Of a stretch of 32,000 bases of DNA, positions 1-8,646 are shown piece by piece. Position numbers and translations under genes: made by a program. The stretch spans positions 3,120,001-3,152,000 of the forward strand of contig NC_006138.1 in assembly GCF_000025945.1 (NCBI RefSeq), given 5' to 3'. Each line of letters begins with the position of its first letter. Position 1 is the first letter of the stretch. The notes below the pieces were generated by a model, which was given only the letters and a program-made list of their open reading frames with translations, made no database searches and was not told the origin of the DNA. Origin of the DNA: Desulfotalea psychrophila LSv54. Its GTDB lineage: Bacteria; Desulfobacterota; Desulfobulbia; Desulfobulbales; Desulfocapsaceae.

Positions 1-425
1 CGGCCATGACCAATAGAGAGAGGGCCCGTAGGGTTAGCGCTGACAAATTCAACCATCACCTTACGACCGGCGCCCACCTGACTGCGACCAAAGTTCTCTC
101 CTGCAGAAAAGACCTCAGCCAATACCCCGTGCCATACAGCTGGTTGAATGGTGATATTGACAAAGCCCGGGCCTGCAATCTCTACCCCTGCAACAATAGC
201 AGTTTCCAGGCCAAGCTTTTCGGCAACAATGCCCGCAAGCTCACGCGGATTGCGTTTTTCAATACCTGCAAGCACCAGAGCTATATTGGTCGAAAAATCG
301 CCCTGCCCCTCATGCTTTGGCAACTCTACGGTATACTTGCCAGCACCACGATCACTCCACGATCCATTGTCTACACCTTCCTGAAAACAACGATCCAAAA
401 GCTCTTTTAACTGTGAACGAATCAT
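1..425 (-). CDS. argS: Arginyl-tRNA synthetase, N-terminal part (runs off the window start)
   Basis: Own reverse-strand translation from ATG at 425: MIRSQLKELLDRCFQEGVDNG...KHEGQGDFSTNIALVLA...VMVEFVSANPTGPLSIGHG. The FVSANPTGPLxxGHG motif is the ArgS HIGH-type signature. The plus-strand ORFs listed here are antisense. Confidence 0.93.
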   Translation of the reverse strand, partial: MIRSQLKELLDRCFQEGVDNGSWSDRGAGKYTVELPKHEGQGDFSTNIALVLAGIEKRNPRELAGIVAEKLGLETAIVAGVEIAGPGFVNITIQPAVWHGVLAEVFSAGENFGRSQVGAGRKVMVEFVSANPTGPLSIGHG

Positions 426-472
426 AAATAATACACCTTATCTAAAGCACTACGTGAAAGCACATTTTAAAA

Positions 473-1594
473 TCAATCTACATACAATCTATTGTTTGTA
501 TGCCCCAGCATACAAAGTATTTCATAGCTAATGGTATCTGCCCATTCGGCAATATCATCCGCTGTAATTCTCTCATTTCCCTGCTCACCGAGGAGTACGA
601 CCTCATCCCCTGCCGTCACATTTTCAATATCGGTAACGTCCACAACACAGGCATTCATACATATCTGCCCACGTACAGGAGCCCGCTGACCACGAATCAA
701 AACCTCGGCCTTATTGGACAGAGACCTACGATAACCATCCTCATACCCCGTTGGCAAAACAGCAAGAAGTGTTGGCCTTTTGGTAATATAGCTATGACCG
801 TAACTGACGCCTGTTCCGGCGGCCACCTTTTTAACCTGTAAAATTCTGCTACGAAAACTCATGGCAGGAATAAAGGGACTCGTGCCTCCACCCTCTATCG
901 CACCTGCAGGATGATAACCATAAATACTAATACCCGAACGGCCCATATCAAAAAGAGACTCGGGAAAGTTAAGCACGCCACCGGAATTTGCAAGATGACA
1001 AACAGTTGAAAATTCAGATTTTAAAACCACATCTAAACTTGCAAAGCGACGAATACCATCACGACTTGATGGAGAATTGACAACATCTGCCTCGGGGAAA
1101 TGGCTTAACATTCCGGCAACAAAGACCCCTGAAAGTCGGGAAATATTATGGGCTACGCCAAGTACCTGCTCAGGCTCAAAGCCCAGACGCCTCATACCTG
1201 TATCGACCTTTATATGACAACCTATTTCATAACCACGTTTCACCCCCTCTACAGAAAGGGCCACAATATCTTCATAGCAGTGAACAACGGGGGTTAGCCT
1301 ATAGTCAAACATAAGGCCGACCGCATCCAGATCAAAGCCAAGCATAACAAAGATATCACCGGTAATACCAGCATCTCGCAGGAGGACAGCCTCTCGAATC
1401 TCAGCTACGCCAAAAGAGCTACAGGCAACATCCTGCAGGGCCTTTGCCACCTCAACTGCGCCATGACCATAGGCATCAGCCTTGACCATAGCCATCAGCT
1501 TCCCACCCTGGCCCATCTTGTCCTGCATGGTCTTAAAATTTTTTCTTAAGGCAGAACGACATACAGTCACATTATTAAAGGAATTTCGTTTCAT
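473..1594 (-). CDS. alr: Alanine racemase
   Basis: 373-aa ORF with PLP-lysine motif MAMVKADAYGHGAVEVAKAL and C-terminal GQICMNACVVDVTDI. Confidence 0.95.
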   Translation of the reverse strand: MKRNSFNNVTVCRSALRKNFKTMQDKMGQGGKLMAMVKADAYGHGAVEVAKALQDVACSSFGVAEIREAVLLRDAGITGDIFVMLGFDLDAVGLMFDYRLTPVVHCYEDIVALSVEGVKRGYEIGCHIKVDTGMRRLGFEPEQVLGVAHNISRLSGVFVAGMLSHFPEADVVNSPSSRDGIRRFASLDVVLKSEFSTVCHLANSGGVLNFPESLFDMGRSGISIYGYHPAGAIEGGGTSPFIPAMSFRSRILQVKKVAAGTGVSYGHSYITKRPTLLAVLPTGYEDGYRRSLSNKAEVLIRGQRAPVRGQICMNACVVDVTDIENVTAGDEVVLLGEQGNERITADDIAEWADTISYEILCMLGHTNNRLYVD

Positions 1595-1697
1595 AATCTT
1601 ATAGCTCCCAGGCCAGAATACACGAATGCATCCGACATATAAAAGTTAAAGTTACATACTCCGACACACCAACAAATGACGCATGAAAATTGTGCAA

Positions 1698-2132
1698 CTA
1701 ACGATTTTGTAACCAGGCCCTCCAGCCATAACGGCTAGAGAAAAATAGAGACCAACCAATGGTACAACAAAAAAATGCCAGATATGATGAAGGCAAAAGT
1801 GACATACGCAACAGAATACCCATGAAAGCCATACAGAAAACAAGTCCCCATGTTTTCCAAGAATATACAGCGCCCAGACAGGTTCCGTCATTGAGCAACA
1901 GTATACGCTGAATGCTCCTACGGGCAGCACGATCAAGAATCAAATACGATTTCAAACTTCCGGATATAATTGCCAGGATAATGATGAGATAAGACGAATG
2001 TCCCTTTTCAATATAGCTCATGCCACGATAAAAAAGAAAAACCCCCATAAATGTCCATAACATTGCAGCTACGGCTAGGTGAACTTTTCTTTTAACTCCT
2101 GGTTTAAAACGCAATAAAAAAGAATTGGCCAT
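1698..2132 (-). CDS. Small hydrophobic membrane protein, function unknown
   Basis: 144-aa ORF with about four hydrophobic segments, lying upstream of alr on the same strand. Confidence 0.6.
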   Translation of the reverse strand: MANSFLLRFKPGVKRKVHLAVAAMLWTFMGVFLFYRGMSYIEKGHSSYLIIILAIISGSLKSYLILDRAARRSIQRILLLNDGTCLGAVYSWKTWGLVFCMAFMGILLRMSLLPSSYLAFFCCTIGWSLFFSSRYGWRAWLQNR

Positions 2133-2267
2133 TTCAAATGGTTCCTTCGAAAATTCTTACCTGTACACTACCAAATCTATAACTTCATCTCAAAGGATAC
2201 CGCTTCAGCAGAACAGACACAACAACTTTATAAGATAGCAATATAACAGCAATCTCTACAAACAAAA

Positions 2268-2299
2268 CAAGCCCACCTTCCAGGAGAAAGATGGGCTTG
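2268..2299 (-). terminator. Rho-independent terminator of the ferredoxin gene
   Basis: CAAGCCCA...TGGGCTTG inverted repeat followed by TTTTGTTTG on the minus strand, just after the ferredoxin stop. Confidence 0.7.
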
Positions 2300-2319
2300 T
2301 AAACTGTATAAAGACCGAA

Positions 2320-2505
2320 TTACATCTCAGTTACAGTGATTGCGCCTTCAGGACAAACTTCAACGCAGGTCTCACAACCAAGACACTCATCAGGCTCAGC
2401 AACGCTAGCTTTACCATCTACCATCTCAAAAACCTGTGCTGGACATGCTGCTACACATTCTTCATCACCACTACACTTGTCTACGTCTACGATTACTTCA
2501 AACAT
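2320..2505 (-). CDS. Two-cluster ferredoxin (61 aa)
   Basis: MFEVIVDVDKCSGDEECVAACPAQVFEMVDGKASVAEPDECLGCETCVEVCPEGAITVTEM, with GGAG ribosome-binding site upstream of ATG at 2505. The track ORF to 2727 overextends the N-terminus. Confidence 0.93.
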   Translation of the reverse strand: MFEVIVDVDKCSGDEECVAACPAQVFEMVDGKASVAEPDECLGCETCVEVCPEGAITVTEM

Positions 2506-2879
2506 GATAATTTCTCCATAAAGTTTCTTTAAAAGCAGAATTTCTACCTGCCAAATTTGCCAACGCTTACGCTTACGCGTTTCGTGTAATGTTCCATTAT
2601 CCGACCCCCCAGTTTTTGTCAAGAAAAAAGGAAAAGTTAGGGCCACCTCAAAAAAACAATAAGAAACAACCTGCCCATCAAAGCCGTTCAACCTTAATAA
2701 AACAATTGAAAATATCATATATTCCAAGCTAGTAAAGAAAAATTACAGACTACGAAAAGAGCATAGCTCTGTCCTTCTACCTTTTTTTTCACTTTACTGT
2801 TGACCCTCAGCTGACTTTCAAATTATGTTCAATAACTTCATTTAACATTCTTCAAATAAAATATAGGCAGAGAAAACTT

Positions 2880-3230
2880 ATGGCTAAGCAAACCGCACCA
2901 GAAAAGAAAAAACAGTACAAGGCAGAAAAACGCGAGAAGGCGATGATTGAAGGAATTCTTGAGGGAAGCCCTGATGCTATAGGCGTTGTAATCATTCGTA
3001 TAGGCTGCGGCTGTCGTAAAATGGCCGCTATTGCCAAAGATGGCGAACCGGCATCCAAGGTGATCATTTACCGAGATGGAGCCACCAGCATCTGTGATAA
3101 GTGCAAGGAAGATGATGGCGCCTTTATGCGGGTGACCGAATCCTTTATTCACTGGGTAGAGCCAGAACCAAGCGATAAGAAAAAAAAAGAGATCGAGCTC
3201 AAGGTATTAGGCTCAGCACCGACCAACTAA
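2880..3230 (+). CDS. Conserved-looking hypothetical protein, Lys-rich N-terminus with two Cys pairs
   Basis: 116-aa ORF: MAKQTAPEKKKQYKAEKREKAM...IRIGCGCRKMAAIAKDGEPASKVIIYRDGATSICDKCKEDDGAF.... Confidence 0.75.
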   Translation: MAKQTAPEKKKQYKAEKREKAMIEGILEGSPDAIGVVIIRIGCGCRKMAAIAKDGEPASKVIIYRDGATSICDKCKEDDGAFMRVTESFIHWVEPEPSDKKKKEIELKVLGSAPTN

Positions 3231-3294
3231 GATCCGCCATAAGGATGCCCCTCCAACCAGACGAGGTGCATCCTTGCTGGAACAGTGAGAAGAG

Positions 3295-4011
3295 TTACGC
3301 TTTTTTCAAAGCGGCAGTAAGGGCATAGAAATGACCGGGAACTCGACTCTCAAAGCTCATCTCCTTCTTTGTATGCGGATGAGTTATGGTCAAATGGGCT
3401 GCATGCAGGGCAAGTCTTTTCATCTCATCGCTCTTAACCCCATAGATCTTATCGGCAATAATAGAGTGTCCCTTATCGGCAAGTTGAACACGCACCTGAT
3501 GCTTCACCTCGGTCTTCGGTCGTAGACTCAGCAAACTATAGTTAGCAGAGTGCTGAAGCAGGCTGTACTCTGTTTCTGCAGGACGGGTCTTCTCACCGGC
3601 AACCGTCACATACATCTTATGAATCATGTTTTCTGCCAAATTTGCCCGCAACACCCCCTCTGTCTGCACAGGCACCCCATGCACAGCCGCCACATAAGAG
3701 ACGTTAAAATCACTCCAATTATCGAGTAGATGACGTCTGGCCTTTTCTGTCTTGGCAAAGATGAGAAGCCCCGAGGCCTCCTTGTCCACATGATGGATGA
3801 GAAAGACCCTATTACTAGACTTGGCAACACCTTTTTTCACATAATTTGTCAGACGAAAATAGGCAGTATTTTCGTTGTCCTTATCTCTACTGGTGGTGGC
3901 AAGACCTGCTACCTTATCCACCAATATAATATCATTGTCTTCATAGACAATGGGTAAGCCCCTTGGCTGATATTTCTTGGGAGGGGCCTTAAATTTCTTA
4001 TTCGTTTCCAT
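3295..4011 (-). CDS. RluA-family pseudouridine synthase
   Basis: 238-aa ORF: YEDNDIILVDKVAGLAT..., catalytic-loop region FLIHHVDKEASGLLIFAKT, C-terminal HQVRVQLADKGHSIIADKIYG and RLALHAAHLTITHP. Confidence 0.88.
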   Translation of the reverse strand: METNKKFKAPPKKYQPRGLPIVYEDNDIILVDKVAGLATTSRDKDNENTAYFRLTNYVKKGVAKSSNRVFLIHHVDKEASGLLIFAKTEKARRHLLDNWSDFNVSYVAAVHGVPVQTEGVLRANLAENMIHKMYVTVAGEKTRPAETEYSLLQHSANYSLLSLRPKTEVKHQVRVQLADKGHSIIADKIYGVKSDEMKRLALHAAHLTITHPHTKKEMSFESRVPGHFYALTAALKKA

Positions 4012-4109
4012 AATTCATCTCTTTTATTTTCAGACAGGCAAGAAATACTTACCAAATAGACTACAAAGAACATTTTGTGCTTTGCTCTATACAAAGGAGT
4101 ATAGGCAAT

Positions 4110-4602
4110 TACAAGGGACTTTTCGTAGCTGAACAGCGGTACCTGGCAAGAAATTTATCCAGTTGATTGGCAAATTTTTGTCGATCAACCGAGCTCAGAG
4201 GCCGCGGACCACCCGTTTCTACCCCGCTTGCCCGCAGATATTCCATAAAATCCCGCATACTCAAACGAGAGGCAATATCTTCCCTTGAGAAAACCTCTCC
4301 CCGAGGCTGAGGACATATCCATCGCTATCAAGCACCCGAACTGCCAGAGGAATATCCGCTGTTAGCACCAGATCTCCTGCCTGCATCCGTTCAACAATTT
4401 CAGAATCTACCACATCAGGCCCCGAACCGACTCGATGCGACGAAATCCACGACAAAATCCACGACAAAATCCACGACGATTTTGGCACGGCAAGGTATCT
4501 ATTTGCCACCAAAAGAACCTCCTGTTGCAGACGATCGGCAACCTTATATAGAATTTCCTTACATGCAACAGGGCAGGCATCTGCATCAACTCAAATCTTC
4601 AT
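4110..4602 (-). pseudogene. UPF0178 (YaiI/YqxD) family gene, apparently inactivated
   Basis: Read through with a frame change: [90 protein letters not shown]...GERFS / [45 protein letters not shown]. In-frame TGA at codon 4 and frameshift near 4282-4290. Confidence 0.85.
4442..4477. repeat. Three tandem copies of a 12-bp unit (RAAATCCACGAC)
   Basis: gaaatccacgac/aaaatccacgac/aaaatccacgac read directly. It encodes [11 protein letters not shown] on the minus strand. Confidence 0.95.
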
Positions 4603-4706
4603 ATTTGCCGCAGTTCTATTTTCCAAAAGAAGATTAAAAAAATAGGGCGTGCCAAGGACACCCCCTAGTTCAGACAACAGCTATACAATCTCCTCTCAGG
4701 CAGAGC

Positions 4707-5105
4707 CTAGAGAGTAAAACCAGGATCATCATCGCCCACAAGCTCACGCACCTCTTTTACCTTAAAGGTAACAAAGTATATGGTGTCACTAACAGGTAGT
4801 TCACAGTTTTTTGCGGGATGACGATGATACTTATTAACAAGTTCAGGATCGCTTGTCTCTTCAACAAGATCCAATTGTAGGCGAACGCCCCGATAATCAT
4901 CGCCCTCTTCAATAAAAAGATATGCCGCCTGACCATTGGTCAGTAGGTTGCGATGGGATCGCTTATCAGCCATGACAAAACCCAATATGCCATCAGCCAG
5001 GCAGTGTGGATGAGAATAGATAGCACTGTCCACCCTGCCATTAGCATCTGCGGTGGCAAAGACAGCGGTCCCTCTGGTGTTTTCAAAATACTCTGCAAGT
5101 TTCAT
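4707..5105 (-). CDS. Pyridoxamine 5'-phosphate oxidase-like flavin-binding protein
   Basis: MKLAEYFENTRGTAVFATADANGRVDSAIYSHPHCLADGILGFVMADKRSHRNLLTNGQAAYLFIEEG..., with AGGGGAG ribosome-binding site before ATG at 5105. The track start at 5210 is probably too early. Confidence 0.8.
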   Translation of the reverse strand: MKLAEYFENTRGTAVFATADANGRVDSAIYSHPHCLADGILGFVMADKRSHRNLLTNGQAAYLFIEEGDDYRGVRLQLDLVEETSDPELVNKYHRHPAKNCELPVSDTIYFVTFKVKEVRELVGDDDPGFTL

Positions 5106-5838
5106 GATCTCCCCTCGTGAATTCCATAAAATAATCGAGATCCCATCGCCCCCTTGCACCGAATCTACGGCTGCAAAGAGTCTGGCTACAAAATCTCTAT
5201 TCCTTGCCATTGAAAACCAACAATGATCTTATCACCCAAGGCAAGAGTGGGAAAAAAGCCTAGGGGCGAATGCGTATAGGCCTCTCATCATTGATCTACA
5301 AAACAATATCCAGACACTATTGGGATATCGTTACCAGTTGCCATCGCCTGCTCCAGACAATTTTACAGGAAAGACGATATAAACATTGTACCAAAACATC
5401 AGCAAATAAAATAACATTTTCCCAAAAGTATAGTGAGCAGAAAAGAGCTGACACGCATCTCCCTTTCAATTCAACAAAAAAGAGAAGCCGACCCGACAAC
5501 TGTCGCCGGTCACAAGATCCATCTCGGAATAAAGAGACTCACAACTCACCATCGAAAAATGCCCCTCTACCATATGAACGAAGTGAACACCTAACTCCAC
5601 ATTCACCACTTAATATCATAATACAAAGACAAAACAACGACATTAGCCACTCTCTCCCCCTAAATATACTGCCTATACAGCCAGCACAGTATCCATATTT
5701 ACCGAAAACCCCTCACAAGACAACGTAAACAGAACAAACAATGCCCGCTTAATCATTGCAAAGAAATATCAGCAGTGCTAGGCTAAGAAAACAGATCATC
5801 ATTCATGTTAAATCTAAAATACGCGAACAGCAGGAGCT

Positions 5839-6471
5839 ATGAAACCAACAAATACAGAAATCACCATTGAGGCATATGATATAAACGCCAGTAAATATGC
5901 CAATAAATTCATGGAATTCATACCATACCAAGAAAAGATCAAGCTCTTTCAAGAAAATTTCCTAACAGAGAACTCAAGCATTCTTGACCTCGGTTGCGGA
6001 CCTGGAAACAATGCCAATTTTCTACTTAAGGCTGACAGAGGCTACCAAATCGAGGGGGTGGATCTGTCTGCCCAGATGATAGAGCTTGCCAAAAAAAATG
6101 CGCCCGATACCAATTTCAGAGTACAGGACATTCGCACCATCACCTCTGATAAGATGTACAATGCCATCATTGCCTCTTTTTGCATAGTCCACCTCGCGGA
6201 CCAAGAAACCTCTTCCTTAATAGAGAAGATTGCAAAAATGCTCAAAGAGAATGGCCACCTCTACCTCAGCTTTATGGAGGGAAAAGTAGCGGGACTCGAG
6301 AGCACAAGCTTCTCTAAGGAGGACATCTTCTTTAACTACTATGAACGATCCGAACTGGTAAAGTTACTTGCTAGAAATGATCTTGAAACCGTGGAAATAT
6401 TGGACGATGACTATAAAGAGGGGGATGGTTCTACCACCAAGGATGTTTTTATCTTTGCCCGGAAATGTTAG
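5839..6471 (+). CDS. SAM-dependent class I methyltransferase
   Basis: Motif I ILDLGCGPGNNANFL followed by IEGVDLSAQMIELAKK; 210 aa, with GGAG upstream. Confidence 0.9.
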   Translation: MKPTNTEITIEAYDINASKYANKFMEFIPYQEKIKLFQENFLTENSSILDLGCGPGNNANFLLKADRGYQIEGVDLSAQMIELAKKNAPDTNFRVQDIRTITSDKMYNAIIASFCIVHLADQETSSLIEKIAKMLKENGHLYLSFMEGKVAGLESTSFSKEDIFFNYYERSELVKLLARNDLETVEILDDDYKEGDGSTTKDVFIFARKC

Positions 6472-6569
6472 TTAGCGAGCAAAGGGTTTTGCAAGAGAGG
6501 CTGGTAAACGTCAGAACCTCTCCTTGTGATTGACACAGCCAACCTCCCTCTGCAAAAGGAAGGAGATAG

Positions 6570-7955
6570 TTATGCCTTCTTTGCCTGCCTACACCTCGCC
6601 AGAAAGCCCTCCGTCCACTGCGGAGTACCATCGGCATGGACATGGGTATACATGGCCAAGACATTTTTATAGCAGAGGCCATCACGACCATCCCTAAAAC
6701 CTGTTCCCCGGGTCATCTTCAAACAGAGATCGGCGACATCACCATCCCAGCCAAGAACGGTGGAATAGCGAAATTCATGCCCCTTCACCTCAAGTCCCCG
6801 GGAATAGTAGGGATTTTCTCCCTCCACCTCAAAGATTGAATAGCCATGAGCCTGAGGTTTTTTTGACATGCCAAAACGGCTGGGAAAGATCCCGGCAAAG
6901 GTGAACTCCTCTTCACCCAACACCAGGGTCTGACCCAGATAAATCAGGCCGCCACACTCGGCATAGACGGGCATATCCGCTTCGACGGCATCCCGGAGGG
7001 AATGAAGAAAGGCCGTATTAGCGGCAAGGGCGGCAGCACTTGTCTCGGGAAAACCACCACCAATATAGAGCCCATCAAGCTCCGGCAGGACGGCATCATG
7101 AATAGCATCAAGGTAGACCAGTTCCGCCCCGCCTCGTTCAAGGGCCTCAAGGTTCTCTGAATAGTAAAACTGGAAGGCGGCATCACGAATCACGCCAATG
7201 CGAAGGGAAGGTGGCACGACTGGAGGCAGGAAACAGGAGTCTTTTTTGGCCTCAACCGACACCATCATCTCTTTTACCTGCTCCAGATCAAGATGTTCTT
7301 CGACCAAATCGGCAAGAAATTCCACGGCCGCATCACTGTCACCATACTCCTGATGGGGCACCATGCCCAGATGGCGCATGGGAAAGACCTCACGACGGGT
7401 GCGTGGAATCGTCCCCACCACAGGAATTCCCGTATACTTCTCAACGGCCTCAACCACGATCTTACGTTGGCGTCCCGTGGCTATTTGATTAAGGACAACA
7501 CCACAGATATTTACCCGGGGATCAAAGAGTTTACAGCCCAGGACAAGGGCAGCAATGGTACGGGTTGTTTTAGTACAATTTACCACCAGAAGAACGGGTA
7601 GGCCAAGATTAATGGCAAGCTCTGCCGTGGAAAAGCCACCCTCAACATTGACGCCATCATAGAGCCCTCTATTGCCCTCGACAATGGCATAGTCCGCCCC
7701 GGCTGCACGGCTAACAAAAGAACTGCGTATTGCCTCCTCCTCCATAAAAAACGGGTCCAGATTATAGCATTTTCCCTTTGCCGCCTCCTGCAACCAACCG
7801 GCATCTATATAATCCGGCCCCTTTTTAAAGGGCACCACCTCGGCCCCACTCCTTATCAGAGCAGCCGTTAGCCCAACAGAAACAATACTCTTACCGGAAC
7901 CACCCGATAAACCTGCCACCACAATTCCTTTTGTCCCTTTCATATTCTCAACCAC
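6570..7955 (-). CDS. cbiA: Cobyrinic acid a,c-diamide synthase family (CbiA/CobB)
   Basis: MKGTKGIVVAGLSGGSGKSIVSVGL P-loop, KKGPDYIDAGW, DYAIVEGNRGLYDG, class I GATase segment DGLYIGGGFPE and MPVYAECGGLIYLG. Confidence 0.88.
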   Translation of the reverse strand: MVENMKGTKGIVVAGLSGGSGKSIVSVGLTAALIRSGAEVVPFKKGPDYIDAGWLQEAAKGKCYNLDPFFMEEEAIRSSFVSRAAGADYAIVEGNRGLYDGVNVEGGFSTAELAINLGLPVLLVVNCTKTTRTIAALVLGCKLFDPRVNICGVVLNQIATGRQRKIVVEAVEKYTGIPVVGTIPRTRREVFPMRHLGMVPHQEYGDSDAAVEFLADLVEEHLDLEQVKEMMVSVEAKKDSCFLPPVVPPSLRIGVIRDAAFQFYYSENLEALERGGAELVYLDAIHDAVLPELDGLYIGGGFPETSAAALAANTAFLHSLRDAVEADMPVYAECGGLIYLGQTLVLGEEEFTFAGIFPSRFGMSKKPQAHGYSIFEVEGENPYYSRGLEVKGHEFRYSTVLGWDGDVADLCLKMTRGTGFRDGRDGLCYKNVLAMYTHVHADGTPQWTEGFLARCRQAKKA

Positions 7956-7965
7956 AACGTTTTAA

Positions 7966-8646
7966 TTAATGTCCTGCCTGCCCGTAAAGTTGCCACGCAG
8001 TTCCATATAAATCCAGCAATCGCCTCTCAAAAAGCAGACGCCAATGCTCAAGTTCCTCTCCCGTCAGTTTAGCTGGCACATAGAGAGGCTCCCCATAAAA
8101 GAAATCCACTCTACTAAAGGGCCTGGGCAGAGCCATCCGGTCCCAGGAGTTAAAGACAATATAACTCGATGCCGACCAGGCAAGGGGCAACATGGGCGCC
8201 CCCGTCCTTGAGGCAATGAGAACCCCACCCGACTGCACCTTCAGAGCCGGACCCTGGGAGCCATCGGCAACAATTCCAGCACTCCCTCCGTTTTTCACAT
8301 CTCGTAACACGTGTTTCAGGGCACGCATACCACCAGAATTATGCGAACCACGGGCAGTTTTATAGCCCAACAGTTCCGCCAAGCTGGCAATATAATCACC
8401 GTCGGAGCTGGCACTGACCATCACCGTTGCCGAGTCGTTACGGAGCTGAGAGAGGATAAACAAAATAGAGTAATGCCAAAAAAGACCCACCACATTTTGC
8501 CCACTATCAAGGCTTGTTTCTCGGTATTGACTGCCATGCACCTTCACCCGACAGGTGGCAAACCACAGTCGCAAGAGCCAGGAGGCAAGTTTGGGCACAC
8601 AGTATTTGACTATCCTCTTCGACAATTTTTCTTTCTCTTCTCTCAC
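7966..8646 (-). CDS. DUF374 / lysophospholipid acyltransferase-like protein
   Basis: 226-aa ORF with VVGLFWHYSILFILSQ, MVSASSDGDYIASLAELLGYKTARGSHNSGGMRAL and GIVADGSQGPALKVQSGGVLIASRTGAPMLPLAW. GTG start overlaps the uvrB TAG stop. Confidence 0.85.
   Translation of the reverse strand: MREEKEKLSKRIVKYCVPKLASWLLRLWFATCRVKVHGSQYRETSLDSGQNVVGLFWHYSILFILSQLRNDSATVMVSASSDGDYIASLAELLGYKTARGSHNSGGMRALKHVLRDVKNGGSAGIVADGSQGPALKVQSGGVLIASRTGAPMLPLAWSASSYIVFNSWDRMALPRPFSRVDFFYGEPLYVPAKLTGEELEHWRLLFERRLLDLYGTAWQLYGQAGH

Noticed and set aside
6-410. Plus-strand ORF of 134 aa at the window start
   Set aside because: It is antisense to the clear argS N-terminus on the minus strand and has no family-like features.
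4591-4593. Possible selenocysteine TGA in the UPF0178 gene
   Set aside because: The position is a conserved Trp, not Cys, and the same gene has a second inactivating frameshift, so simple decay explains it better.
5270-5728. 152-aa plus-strand ORF in the intergenic region
   Set aside because: No convincing ribosome-binding site, and Ser/Pro/His/Asn/Lys-rich composition typical of chance translation of AT-rich DNA.
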